A stretch of DNA of 49,604 bases from a virus. Below are positions 7,362 to 15,053 of the stretch, piece after piece. The position numbers and the translations under genes were made by a program. Position 1 is the stretch's first letter. Every line of letters begins with the position of its first letter. Below the pieces are notes generated by a model. The model saw only the letters and a list, made by a program, of their open reading frames with translations, was not told where the DNA came from and searched no databases. Where the stretch lies: positions 1-49,604 of the IMG/VR virus record IMGVR_UViG_3300045988_158846; one strand, written 5' to 3'.

Positions 7362-7661
7362 TCAAATGTCCCTCACCACTAACGTCAGGTGGTCTGCCGT
7401 ATGCTCGATTGCCTGTACAATCTGATAGCTTGTGAAATGGTAAGTTGTCAGCAGGCCAGAAGTAAATACCGCAGACCGACTGCCGAACTCTACAATTTCC
7501 AGCTCCTGCATGATGTAGAGCTTTTCTTCGAGTTCACGGTAGAAGGCAGGCTGCCAAGGGCAGTTGAATGTGCTGGATAATTGCCATCTGCAATAATCAG
7601 TTTGAACATTGTTCTTATCAAGAAAACGGATTTCAGCATAGGGATTTCGTGCAGTTGCCAT
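7362..7661 (-). CDS. hypothetical protein (99 aa)
   Basis: ORF track; TGA stop. Confidence 0.45.
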   Translation of the reverse strand: MATARNPYAEIRFLDKNNVQTDYCRWQLSSTFNCPWQPAFYRELEEKLYIMQELEIVEFGSRSAVFTSGLLTTYHFTSYQIVQAIEHTADHLTLVVRDI

Positions 7662-7695
7662 ATTGTATCATCCTTTCTATTGGAAGCCAAGGGTT

Positions 7696-7884
7696 TTAAC
7701 CCTTGGCTCTGTAGATTTCTTTGCCTTTGGTGAACTGGCTCATGACTTCACCAGTCTCCATGTCAATGACATCTCTGTCATTCCGTGCCCATAAGCTGTA
7801 GGCATGTGCCATGGCTCGTGCTGCGGTCAGGCTATGGTAGATTGTGCCATACTGACCAGTCGTATGATTATAGATAGAGTACAT
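7696..7884 (-). CDS. hypothetical protein (62 aa from MYSIYNH; longer ORF-track start less likely)
   Basis: RBS AAAGGGGA 6 nt upstream of this Met; TAA stop inside palindrome gccaagggtt/aacccttggc (7685..7707). Confidence 0.4.
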   Translation of the reverse strand: MYSIYNHTTGQYGTIYHSLTAARAMAHAYSLWARNDRDVIDMETGEVMSQFTKGKEIYRAKG

Positions 7885-7919
7885 GATGTTATCCCCTTTC
7901 TGATGTTCTGGTTGAGCTA

Positions 7920-8279
7920 TTAGCTCAACCAGATCTGTTTGCTCGTTGCGATAGACCAGCGACGCCGACTTGCTGCCAGCCGCTCGACTTCCCACTTGAC
8001 CCATTCAGAGCAACCGCATTCGTCCATATCAGCGAAAATACGCTCCAGCTCCATATGGTCGCTCTTCATTGAGTGCTCGGTATAGTTTGCCTTAGCAATC
8101 TGCCGTGCAATATAGTCCTTCTGGTCCAGCAGCTTGTGGAAGGTGGCCTTGCCATCAGGCTTAGAGAAATTAACCCTGTTCATGGCGTCGTTGATGTGAA
8201 GGATAGTGTTCATCATCGCTTCCTTCCGGATTGCTCTTCGGTTGATACGGTTCATAGTTTTACCTCCATATATTGTCAA
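7920..8279 (-). CDS. hypothetical protein (119 aa)
   Basis: ORF track; TAA stop. Confidence 0.5.
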   Translation of the reverse strand: MTIYGGKTMNRINRRAIRKEAMMNTILHINDAMNRVNFSKPDGKATFHKLLDQKDYIARQIAKANYTEHSMKSDHMELERIFADMDECGCSEWVKWEVERLAASRRRWSIATSKQIWLS

Positions 8280-8309
8280 AAGTGTTGTTAGGTGTACAGG
8301 TGAAGAAGC

Positions 8310-8714
8310 TTATGCTTCTTCACCATATAGCAGGTCATGCAGTTTGTAGAAGAAGTCTTCGAGCATATGTTCAAAGATATCTGTCCATTCCTCGGCTTCT
8401 TCTTGCAGGTCTGTCAGCTTTTCATAGGCGGCTTCCCATTCTACGCAGGGATTCCCAGCCTCGGCGTCCGGTCGATAGTCGATATGCTCAAGGTCATATT
8501 CAGCACTATCGATAGCCCAAGTCAGGTTATCCCATGCGTCGATATTCTTTGCCGCATACTCATGATACTTATCCAGCATCCCATCATAGTCGAAGCTACT
8601 GCCAAGCATATGGTACCGCTTGACATATGCTATCAAGTCCTGTGCCTGCTCTGCTAACTCTGCCTTGATAGCCTTTTGTTTGTCCTGTTCGCTTGTTTTA
8701 ATTGTATATACCAT
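8310..8714 (-). CDS. hypothetical acidic protein (134 aa); first gene of the leftward early array
   Basis: ORF track; TAA stop within palindrome tgaagaagc/gcttcttca (8300..8322). Confidence 0.5.
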   Translation of the reverse strand: MVYTIKTSEQDKQKAIKAELAEQAQDLIAYVKRYHMLGSSFDYDGMLDKYHEYAAKNIDAWDNLTWAIDSAEYDLEHIDYRPDAEAGNPCVEWEAAYEKLTDLQEEAEEWTDIFEHMLEDFFYKLHDLLYGEEA

Positions 8715-8740
8715 AATTATATCAATCCTTTACATATTAT

Positions 8741-9100
8741 TTGACTGTTAGTTGTCAGCTGTCCGTGTCGCTATTTGCCGTAGGCGTTGGACTGCCCTAC
8801 AGCTTGCACCGCACCTTCCATGTTCTACCATTGCGTCCGCGGTGCGGTGCAGACGCTTGGCTTAAATTTACTTTTCAAGGTGCAAGCGGTTCGGTGCTGT
8901 CCGCGTCTGCCGGTCATTTTACGTCATTCAAGAGAACTTGCTGTGTTTGTCTCTGTCCTCTTGACATTTTGAATTGTACCACACGCGGTTCTGTTTGTCA
9001 AGAACTTTTTTTCATTTTTTCTTGACTTTTTTTCGCTTGCCTTGCGGCTTGCTTTTCGTTGTCCCGTGGGTCACTTTCTGATTCTAATTATAGCGGCTAT
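8741..9100. other. GC-rich (~55% GC) structured non-coding region between the two arms; candidate ncRNA, origin or packaging site
   Basis: no credible ORF (plus-strand ORFs 8741..9025 and 8787..8972 have no RBS and atypical composition); long hairpin 8805..8851 (11-bp stem tgcaccgcacc/ggtgcggtgca); repeated gtcaagaact at 8997 and 9110. Confidence 0.35.
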
Positions 9101-9251
9101 TTCTGAAAAGTCAAGAACTAATTTTGAAAAAATCGAATTATTTTTTTAGGGGGTTAGTCGTATCTAACTTGCTTCACTTGAATAAAGCAAGACAATAGAC
9201 TTTGATCCTTTAGTCAAATGAAGTGGGGGGGCGGTGTTTCGTGAAAAAAAA

Positions 9252-9337
9252 ATGGAAAAAATGGAAAAATCTTCCTGCCTGGAAAAATAATTTCTAAACC
9301 CATTTTCAATTCTAAAAAACGAAGATAATTTCTAAAC
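9252..9337. repeat. iteron-like direct repeats: (a)atggaaaaa x2 plus tggaaaaa, and 13-nt ataatttctaaac x2 (9287..9299, 9325..9337)
   Basis: seen directly in sequence; AT-rich non-coding stretch next to G-rich tract aagtgggggggcgg (9221..9236). Confidence 0.45.
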
Positions 9338-9354
9338 TAGAATACGGATAAATT

Positions 9355-9390
9355 TATAAAAAAAAATAAGCGGGAAAATAATTTCCCGCT
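9355..9390 (-). terminator. rho-independent terminator of the leftward regulatory operon (hairpin gcgggaaaataatttcccgc plus 10-nt U-tract)
   Basis: perfect hairpin 9370..9389 followed on the minus strand by TTATTTTTTTTTT. Confidence 0.65.
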
Positions 9391-9423
9391 TTAATATTAT
9401 TCTTTAATCACTCGATATCCATT

Positions 9424-9666
9424 CTATTCCAAGGTTTCTTTTGCAAGAGCTACGGCATCACTGGCTTCAGGACATTCAATACATAAAAAAGTTTTACCAT
9501 CTACTTCGTCAATATAAAATTCATAATTATGACCATTTACCATATGCAATTCTTCACGAAGTTTAGAAGGAATCATTAAACGTCCAACTGTATCGAGTTT
9601 TCTTGTATAAGCTGTTTTCAGCATTAAACTCACTCCTTTCTTTTTAATTGGGAGAGTGCGAGCCAT
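9424..9666 (-). CDS. AbrB/MazE/SpoVT-family DNA-binding protein (80 aa); apparent stop codon TAG
   Basis: GRLMIPSKLREEL matches the swapped-hairpin AbrB-type DNA-binding motif (GRVVIP.E.R..L); stop = reverse complement of 9424..9426 (cta) = TAG. Confidence 0.55.
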   Translation of the reverse strand: MARTLPIKKKGVSLMLKTAYTRKLDTVGRLMIPSKLREELHMVNGHNYEFYIDEVDGKTFLCIECPEASDAVALAKETLE

Positions 9667-9744
9667 CCCACAGATTTTATAACTTATTTTACAAAATTTT
9701 TTATCTCATGTCAAAAATTTTTTTTAACAAAATCTTAACATAAA

Positions 9745-10182
9745 TTAGTCAAAAGGAACAATACCTTCATTAGGGTCAATTACTCCTCGTTCTTGATGGA
9801 ACCGATAATTAGTATATCCATTTTTAAACTTATAAACTTCTACTTCAGGTATAATATATTGGTCTTCTTTATCTACAATTTTAGAACCAAGAGTAATACC
9901 GATTGGATCGCCTTCTTCTTCATATTTAGATAAATCAATAGACATTAAATCTTTTTTGTTTTTAATAACATGGACTATTCCAGGCCCAATATATTTTTCT
10001 TCTAGCCCTTTATTATATTCAATATATTTCTTATCGCTTTTAAAATTCATAAAATCTTCAAGCGCTTTAGTATAATCTTTATAGATTTTTGCTTCAATAA
10101 TTTTATCATAAATAAATCTGGCCGCGCATCCTAATCCAAGTACCGCACCACTACCTAAAAGAAGCCCATGAACAAACTTCAT
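9745..10182 (-). CDS. membrane-anchored protein (145 aa from MKFVHG; N-terminal TM helix)
   Basis: RBS GAGGGAAG upstream of the second Met; hydrophobic LLLGSGAVLGLGCAA; TAA stop. Confidence 0.45.
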   Translation of the reverse strand: MKFVHGLLLGSGAVLGLGCAARFIYDKIIEAKIYKDYTKALEDFMNFKSDKKYIEYNKGLEEKYIGPGIVHVIKNKKDLMSIDLSKYEEEGDPIGITLGSKIVDKEDQYIIPEVEVYKFKNGYTNYRFHQERGVIDPNEGIVPFD

Positions 10183-10217
10183 TAAATCACTTCCCTCAAT
10201 TTTCAAATATAATATAT

Positions 10218-10373
10218 TTACTTTTTCTTACGCTCTTTGGTAGGATTATAAGCTCCTTGCTGTTTAGGGTTTTCGCCCCACATAATTTGATAAATAGCTC
10301 TTGTTGCACTATTAGTCGCTCTACGTTTAGCTTTAGAAGCCATACTGCCTAAAATACCACGAGGTTTTCTCAT
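10218..10373 (-). CDS. small basic protein (51 aa, Lys/Arg-rich)
   Basis: own reading (MRKPRGILGSMASKAKRRATNSATRAIYQIMWGENPKQQGAYNPTKERKKK); first gene downstream of leftward promoter 10403..10432. Confidence 0.4.
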   Translation of the reverse strand: MRKPRGILGSMASKAKRRATNSATRAIYQIMWGENPKQQGAYNPTKERKKK

Positions 10374-10402
10374 AAAATTATCTCCTTTAATTTTATATAA
10401 AT

Positions 10403-10432
10403 ATTATATAAAAATTTTCTATAATTGTCAAT
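10403..10432 (-). promoter_or_regulatory. leftward consensus promoter TTGACA-17-TATAAT (divergent partner of 10486..10514)
   Basis: minus strand 'ttgacaattatagaaaatttttatataat' followed by RBS AAAGGAGA and ATG 10373. Confidence 0.6.
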
Positions 10433-10485
10433 TTTACATTTTATATAATTTTTTTACCAAATACCGTAAAAATTTTTGGCCTTGG

Positions 10486-10514
10486 TTGACTTTGCAAATT
10501 TTTTGTGTTATAAT
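10486..10514 (+). promoter_or_regulatory. rightward consensus promoter TTGACT-17-TATAAT heading the structural module; same extended motif as 26934..26962
   Basis: 'ttgactttgcaaattttttgtgttataat'; motif ttgactttg.aaatttttt.tgttataat is shared with the second copy. Confidence 0.6.
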
Positions 10515-10542
10515 TTTTTTAGAAGGATTGGAGGTATTAATC

Positions 10543-11607
10543 TTGATAAAATTAGATTATACTCTTGAAACTCCTGAAGAAAGAAATGAATTAGTAAAAA
10601 AAATCTTAGAAGAAAATCCAAATCCTAATGAAAAGTATTTAGAAATTCTTGCAGATTATCTAATTCTATGTATGGAGAAACAAGAAAAAAAAGAAAAGAA
10701 AATATTAACTGATAATAGATTAATGACAGTTAATAAGCGTGAAACTTCATTTGAAGGTCTTGTTTCCCAGTTAGAGAATGGTGAAGATGGTATATATAAT
10801 TTAATTAATAGTGATAAAAATATGATATTTTAGCCAAAAGTTACAATTACAAAAAAAGATTTAGAAGAAATTCCGAGCTTAAAACAATTAAAAGACGCTA
10901 TTACAACTTGGGAAGCAAAAATGAAAGTAGTGAGTGGTAAAGATGCTTTCACTATAAAAAAAGCCTTAATAGAAATGCGTAAAGACCAATATGTTATTAA
11001 AAATGCTTATCGGAAGCCAATAGTACCAGTAAAACTTACACGGTCCAAATATAAAATTAAGTTAGATGAAGATGTAAAAATATTTGATGATGATGGATAT
11101 CCAATTCCAGAAGGCGTCTCATTGATGAACCCTGAAATTTGCTCTTGCATTTTATGCAATTATTCTCGGTTAAAAGAAGACAGTTGGGACCGTTTTGAAG
11201 ATGATACTTGGTATCTCATCTATGATTTTGAAAATATTTGTGATGAGGCTTTGGCTGAATATCCTATGTTAATGCGTATTGTAGAATGTAAAATTGATGG
11301 ATTACAAAATATAGAAATTCAAAAAATTTTACAAGAAGAATTTAATATTACTCATAGTTTAGAATATATATCAAGTTTATTCCGCAATAAAATACCAAAG
11401 CTTATTGCCGATAAAGCTGTTGATAAATATTTAGAGTGGTATTATACAACTCAAGAAAAAGGCAAATATAAAAAATGTAGTCGATGTGGGCAAATCAAAT
11501 TAGCTCACAATAAATATTTTTCCTATAACAAAACAAGTAAAGATGGATTTTATAGTATATGTAAAAAATGCCGAAATAGTTCTCGCAAAGAAAAAATGAA
11601 ATCCTAA
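10543..11607 (+). CDS. hypothetical protein with C-terminal zinc-ribbon (CSRCG...CKKC), ~354 aa, TTG start, one in-frame TAG at 10831
   Basis: ORF-track ORFs 10486..10833 and 10921..11607 are in the same frame and joined by a single TAG; RBS GGAGG 8 nt before TTG. Confidence 0.45.
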
Positions 11608-11625
11608 AGAAAGGAGAAATATTGA

Positions 11626-12840
11626 TTGTCCAGCGAAGGTAAACAATATTATTGTGAAAAATGTAATAAAACTATGGATGGAACTTAGTTTTATACATCT
11701 AATAATTTAGATAAATATCCTAATGATGGTAAATTACCAAAATGCAAGAAATGTATAACAATGCATGTGGATAATTGGAATCCGGATACTTATTTATGGA
11801 TATTGCAAGAATGTGATGTTCCTTACATTCCTGAATAGTGGAATTAGTTAATGGGTAAATTTGCGAAAGATAGAGCGAAAGTCACTGGAATGACAATATT
11901 GGGTCGCTATCTCTCTGCAATGAAATTAAATCAATGGAAAGATTATAGATGGAAAGATAGTCAATTCTTGCAAGATTTACAAAACAAAAAAATAGAAGAA
12001 ACAATGAAGCAATAGGGGTATGATATTCAAGATATTACTACTGCTATTCAACGAGCTTCATTCTCTTTGCCGTCAGAAGAATTAAAAGAGCCGCCTCCTC
12101 CCACCCCTCCTCCCTTAGATTTTGGGAATTCTGGGGAAGATTATTTTAAAGATAAATTAGATTTTGATGTTCCTGACTTAGGTGCAGAGCTGACAGACGA
12201 AGATAAACGATATCTTTATTTAAAATGGGGAAAAGGCTATAGTCCCGATGAATGGGTACGCCTAGAGCAATTATTCAATGAAATGATGCAATCTTATGAT
12301 ATTCAATCGGCAGGTCATATTGATACATTAAAACTGGCCTGTAAGACATCACTAAAATCTAATTAGCTATTGGATATAGGTGATGTAGATGGCGCACAAA
12401 AGATGATTAAAATGTATGATTCCTTAATGAAATCGGGCAAATTTACTGCTGCTTAGAATAAAGAAGAATCTGGTGATTTCGTTGATTCTGTTGGTGAATT
12501 AATAGAAATGTGTGAGAAACAAGGATATATCGAAAGATATTATATTGATACTCCAAATGATAAAGTAGATTTTACAATTAAAGATATGTAGAAATATACT
12601 CGTACTTTAATTGAGCGAGAAACTAATCTTGGCAATATGATTGATTAGGCATTAAAACAAAACGCTAAAGAAGATAAAGAAGCCAAAGAAAACGTCGAAG
12701 ATACAATTGTTGATGATGTTGATATGTCTATTGAAGATATTGAAAAAACTTTGGAAGATAAAGATATTGAAGACTTTGGCGAATTTTTAGATAACGAGAC
12801 AGAGTTAGATATAGATGCTTTCTCTGACAGAGAAAATTAA
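11626..12840 (+). CDS. hypothetical protein with N-terminal CxxC...CxxC zinc-ribbon and acidic C-terminal half (~404 aa), 11 in-frame TAG codons; possible small terminase / packaging partner
   Basis: continuous frame from TTG 11626 (RBS AAAGGAG) to TAA 12838, containing ORF-track ORF 12067..12366; stop overlaps the terminase start. Confidence 0.45.
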
Positions 12841-14591
12841 TGGCATTACAAGACTTGCTTGACCTATCTACTAGTAGAAAAAAGATAGGTCTTTCTGAAG
12901 AACGTATTAATGCTGTAATTCCAATCATCCGTAAATATACTGCCTTTTGGCGTGAATATCCAGATTTATTTGTAGATTTTTTAGTGCGAGGAACGCGCAC
13001 AGAACCAAAAGAAGGAGAGTTTAAATTCTTTTTCTATTAGCGCGTTTTCTTACGCTGTGTTATGCGTTATCAATACGTTTATGCAGTTTTCCCTCGTGCT
13101 TATTCTAAATCATTCTTGTCAGTTATGGCATTGATGGTCAGATGTATTCTTTATCCTGGAGTCCATTTATTTGTTACTTCTGGTGGTAAGGAACAGGGTG
13201 CGAGCATCTTACACGATAAAGTTAATGAAATTTGTGATTTAATTCCCAGTTTTAAACGTGAAATTGATTGGGGTCGTGGCAAGAGCCAAGAGAGCAAGGA
13301 TAAAGTTCGCTATGTATTTAAAAATGGTTCTGTCCTTGATAACTTAGCAGCAAGAGAAAGCACCCGTGGCCAGCGTCGTCATGGTGGTTTGATGGAAGAA
13401 TGTGTAGGTATTGATGATTAGATTTTGCGTGAAGTCATTATACCAGTTATGGCAATTCCTCGTAGAGCTAAAGATGGTACAACCCATGAAGAAGAAGCAG
13501 TTAATAAATCTCAGATTTATATTACTACTGCTGGTTATAAAAATACATATCCTTATGATAGATTGATCGGCCTATTAGTTCGTATGATTACGCAGCCTGA
13601 TAGATGTATGGTATTAGGTGGTACGTGGCGAACTCCTGTCGCTGTTGGATTACAATAGAAAACATTTATTACTGACCAAAAGAATGAAGGAACTTATAAT
13701 GAAGCTTCTTTTGAACGTGAATATGAATCAATTTGGTCTGGTACTGTTGAAGATGCTTTCTTTAATGCCGAAATATTTAATAGAAATAGAATATTGAATT
13801 AGCCTGAGTATGAAGCTTCTGGCCGTTCAAGCAAGTTATCTTATTATATATTAAGTGTTGATGTAGGCCGTAGAGTATGTGATACTGTTATTTGCGTATT
13901 TAAAGTAACACCGCAACCACATGGTGAACCGATTAAAAGCTTAGTTAATATTTATACTATGAATGATACTCATTTTGAGGATTAGGCTATTAAACTTAAA
14001 AAATTATATTATAAATATAAAGCTCGTAGAATTGTAATAGATGCTAATGGACTTGGTGTTGGTTTAATTGATTTTATGGTTAAGCCATAGATTAATCCTG
14101 AAACTTCTGAAATAATTCCTGATTTTGGAGTTTATGGTGGAACTTAGGATGATGCGATTTAGGAATATAAAAAGTATAAAACTAATAGTACAGAATTAGA
14201 TGTTTTATATCTAATGAAAGCTAATGCACCAATTAATACTGAAGCTCATAGCATTACTTAGTCAGTACTAAATTCTGGCAAAATTAAATTTTTAATAGAT
14301 GAACGAATGGCTAAATAGAAATTATTAACTACTAAAGTTGGTTAGAATATGACCACAGAAGCGCGGTCTGATTATTTAAGACCATTTAGTTTAACTACTT
14401 CATTACGTGAAGAGATTATGAATTTGCGTGAAGAAAATGAAGGTTTAAATATTATTTTAAAACAAGCTAATAAAAGTATTAAAAAAGATAAATTTTCTGC
14501 ATTAGAATATGGATTATATTATATAAAAAAAATAGAAGAAGATAAAAAGAAGAAAAAATTCCGGGCTGCTGATTGGATGTTTATGAATTAA
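12840..14591 (+). CDS. terL: terminase large subunit, T4 gp17-like (583 aa), 12 in-frame TAG codons
   Basis: ATPase motifs in T4 gp17 order: Y-[TAG]-R adenine-binding position, Walker A (RAYSKS), ILHDKVNEICDLIP (cf. gp17 [13 protein letters not shown]), Walker B/catalytic (GGLMEEC, cf. IYIEDC), coupling motif (IYITTAGY, cf. IIITTTPNG), nuclease-domain Asp cluster (ILSVDVGRR); frames of ORF-track pieces 12840, 13062, 13425 and 14349 join through TAGs. Confidence 0.85.
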
Positions 14592-14600
14592 GCCGGGCAA

Positions 14601-14644
14601 CTCTTATTATTCTTTTAAATTAATTTTTAAAAGAATAATAAGAG
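14601..14644 (+). terminator. 17-bp perfect palindrome (ctcttattattctttta/taaaagaataataagag) after terL; probable terminator
   Basis: seen directly; followed by AATTTATTTG. Confidence 0.5.
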
Positions 14645-14679
14645 GAATTTATTTGTAGATAAGAAAGGAGACTTAATAT

Positions 14680-15036
14680 ATGGATGCCAGTCGTGCGGAA
14701 ATTAAGATTAGAGAAATCTTAGAGGAAGCCGGCCTGAATTTTAAAATGGAGTATATATTTCCAGATTTAAAAACACATAATGGTCGTCCTTTACGTTTTG
14801 ATTTTGTTATATTTGATGATGATAATAATATTGATTTTTTAATTGAATATCAAGGTAAATAGCATTATGAAGCCAGTAATAAGTTTGGCGGAAAACGTGG
14901 TTTATATCAATAGCAATATAACGATAATCAAAAACGTAGATTCTGTGCTTTACATGATTTACATTTAATAGAAATTCCTTATACAGAAGAAAATTTAATT
15001 TCTTACGATTATATAATGCGAAAGGCTGGATATTAA
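14680..15036 (+). CDS. small PD-(D/E)XK-type nuclease-like protein (DUF559/Vsr-like), 118 aa, 2 in-frame TAGs
   Basis: motif FDFVIFDDD...IDFLIEYQGK[TAG]HY resembles the D...E.K core of Vsr/DUF559 endonucleases; lies between terL and portal where homing endonucleases are common. Confidence 0.4.
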
Positions 15037-15053
15037 TTGAAAGAAGGTGAAGT

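Noticed and set aside
1111-8657. Plus-strand ORFs in the left arm (e.g. 1111..1470, 2105..2566, 3125..3377, 5367..5618, 5711..6070, 6311..6730, 7011..7435, 8073..8657)
   Set aside because: They overlap well-supported minus-strand genes with promoters and RBSs, lack RBSs themselves and have low-complexity translations. Judged shadow ORFs.
8741-9025. Plus-strand ORFs 8741..9025 and 8787..8972 in the ORF track
   Set aside because: No RBS, Cys/Arg-rich composition typical of translated GC-rich non-coding DNA, and they overlap a long hairpin. Treated as structured non-coding region.
9280-9340. Repeated 'tttctaaac' looked like a CUA anticodon loop of an amber-suppressor tRNA
   Set aside because: No flanking 5-bp anticodon stem, no acceptor/T-arm (no GTTCRANYC-like box) and no cloverleaf could be drawn. 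Interpreted as direct repeats instead.
10486-10833. ORF-track start ATG at 10486
   Set aside because: This ATG lies inside the -35 box of promoter 10486..10514, upstream of the transcription start. Gene start reassigned to TTG 10543 behind RBS GGAGG.
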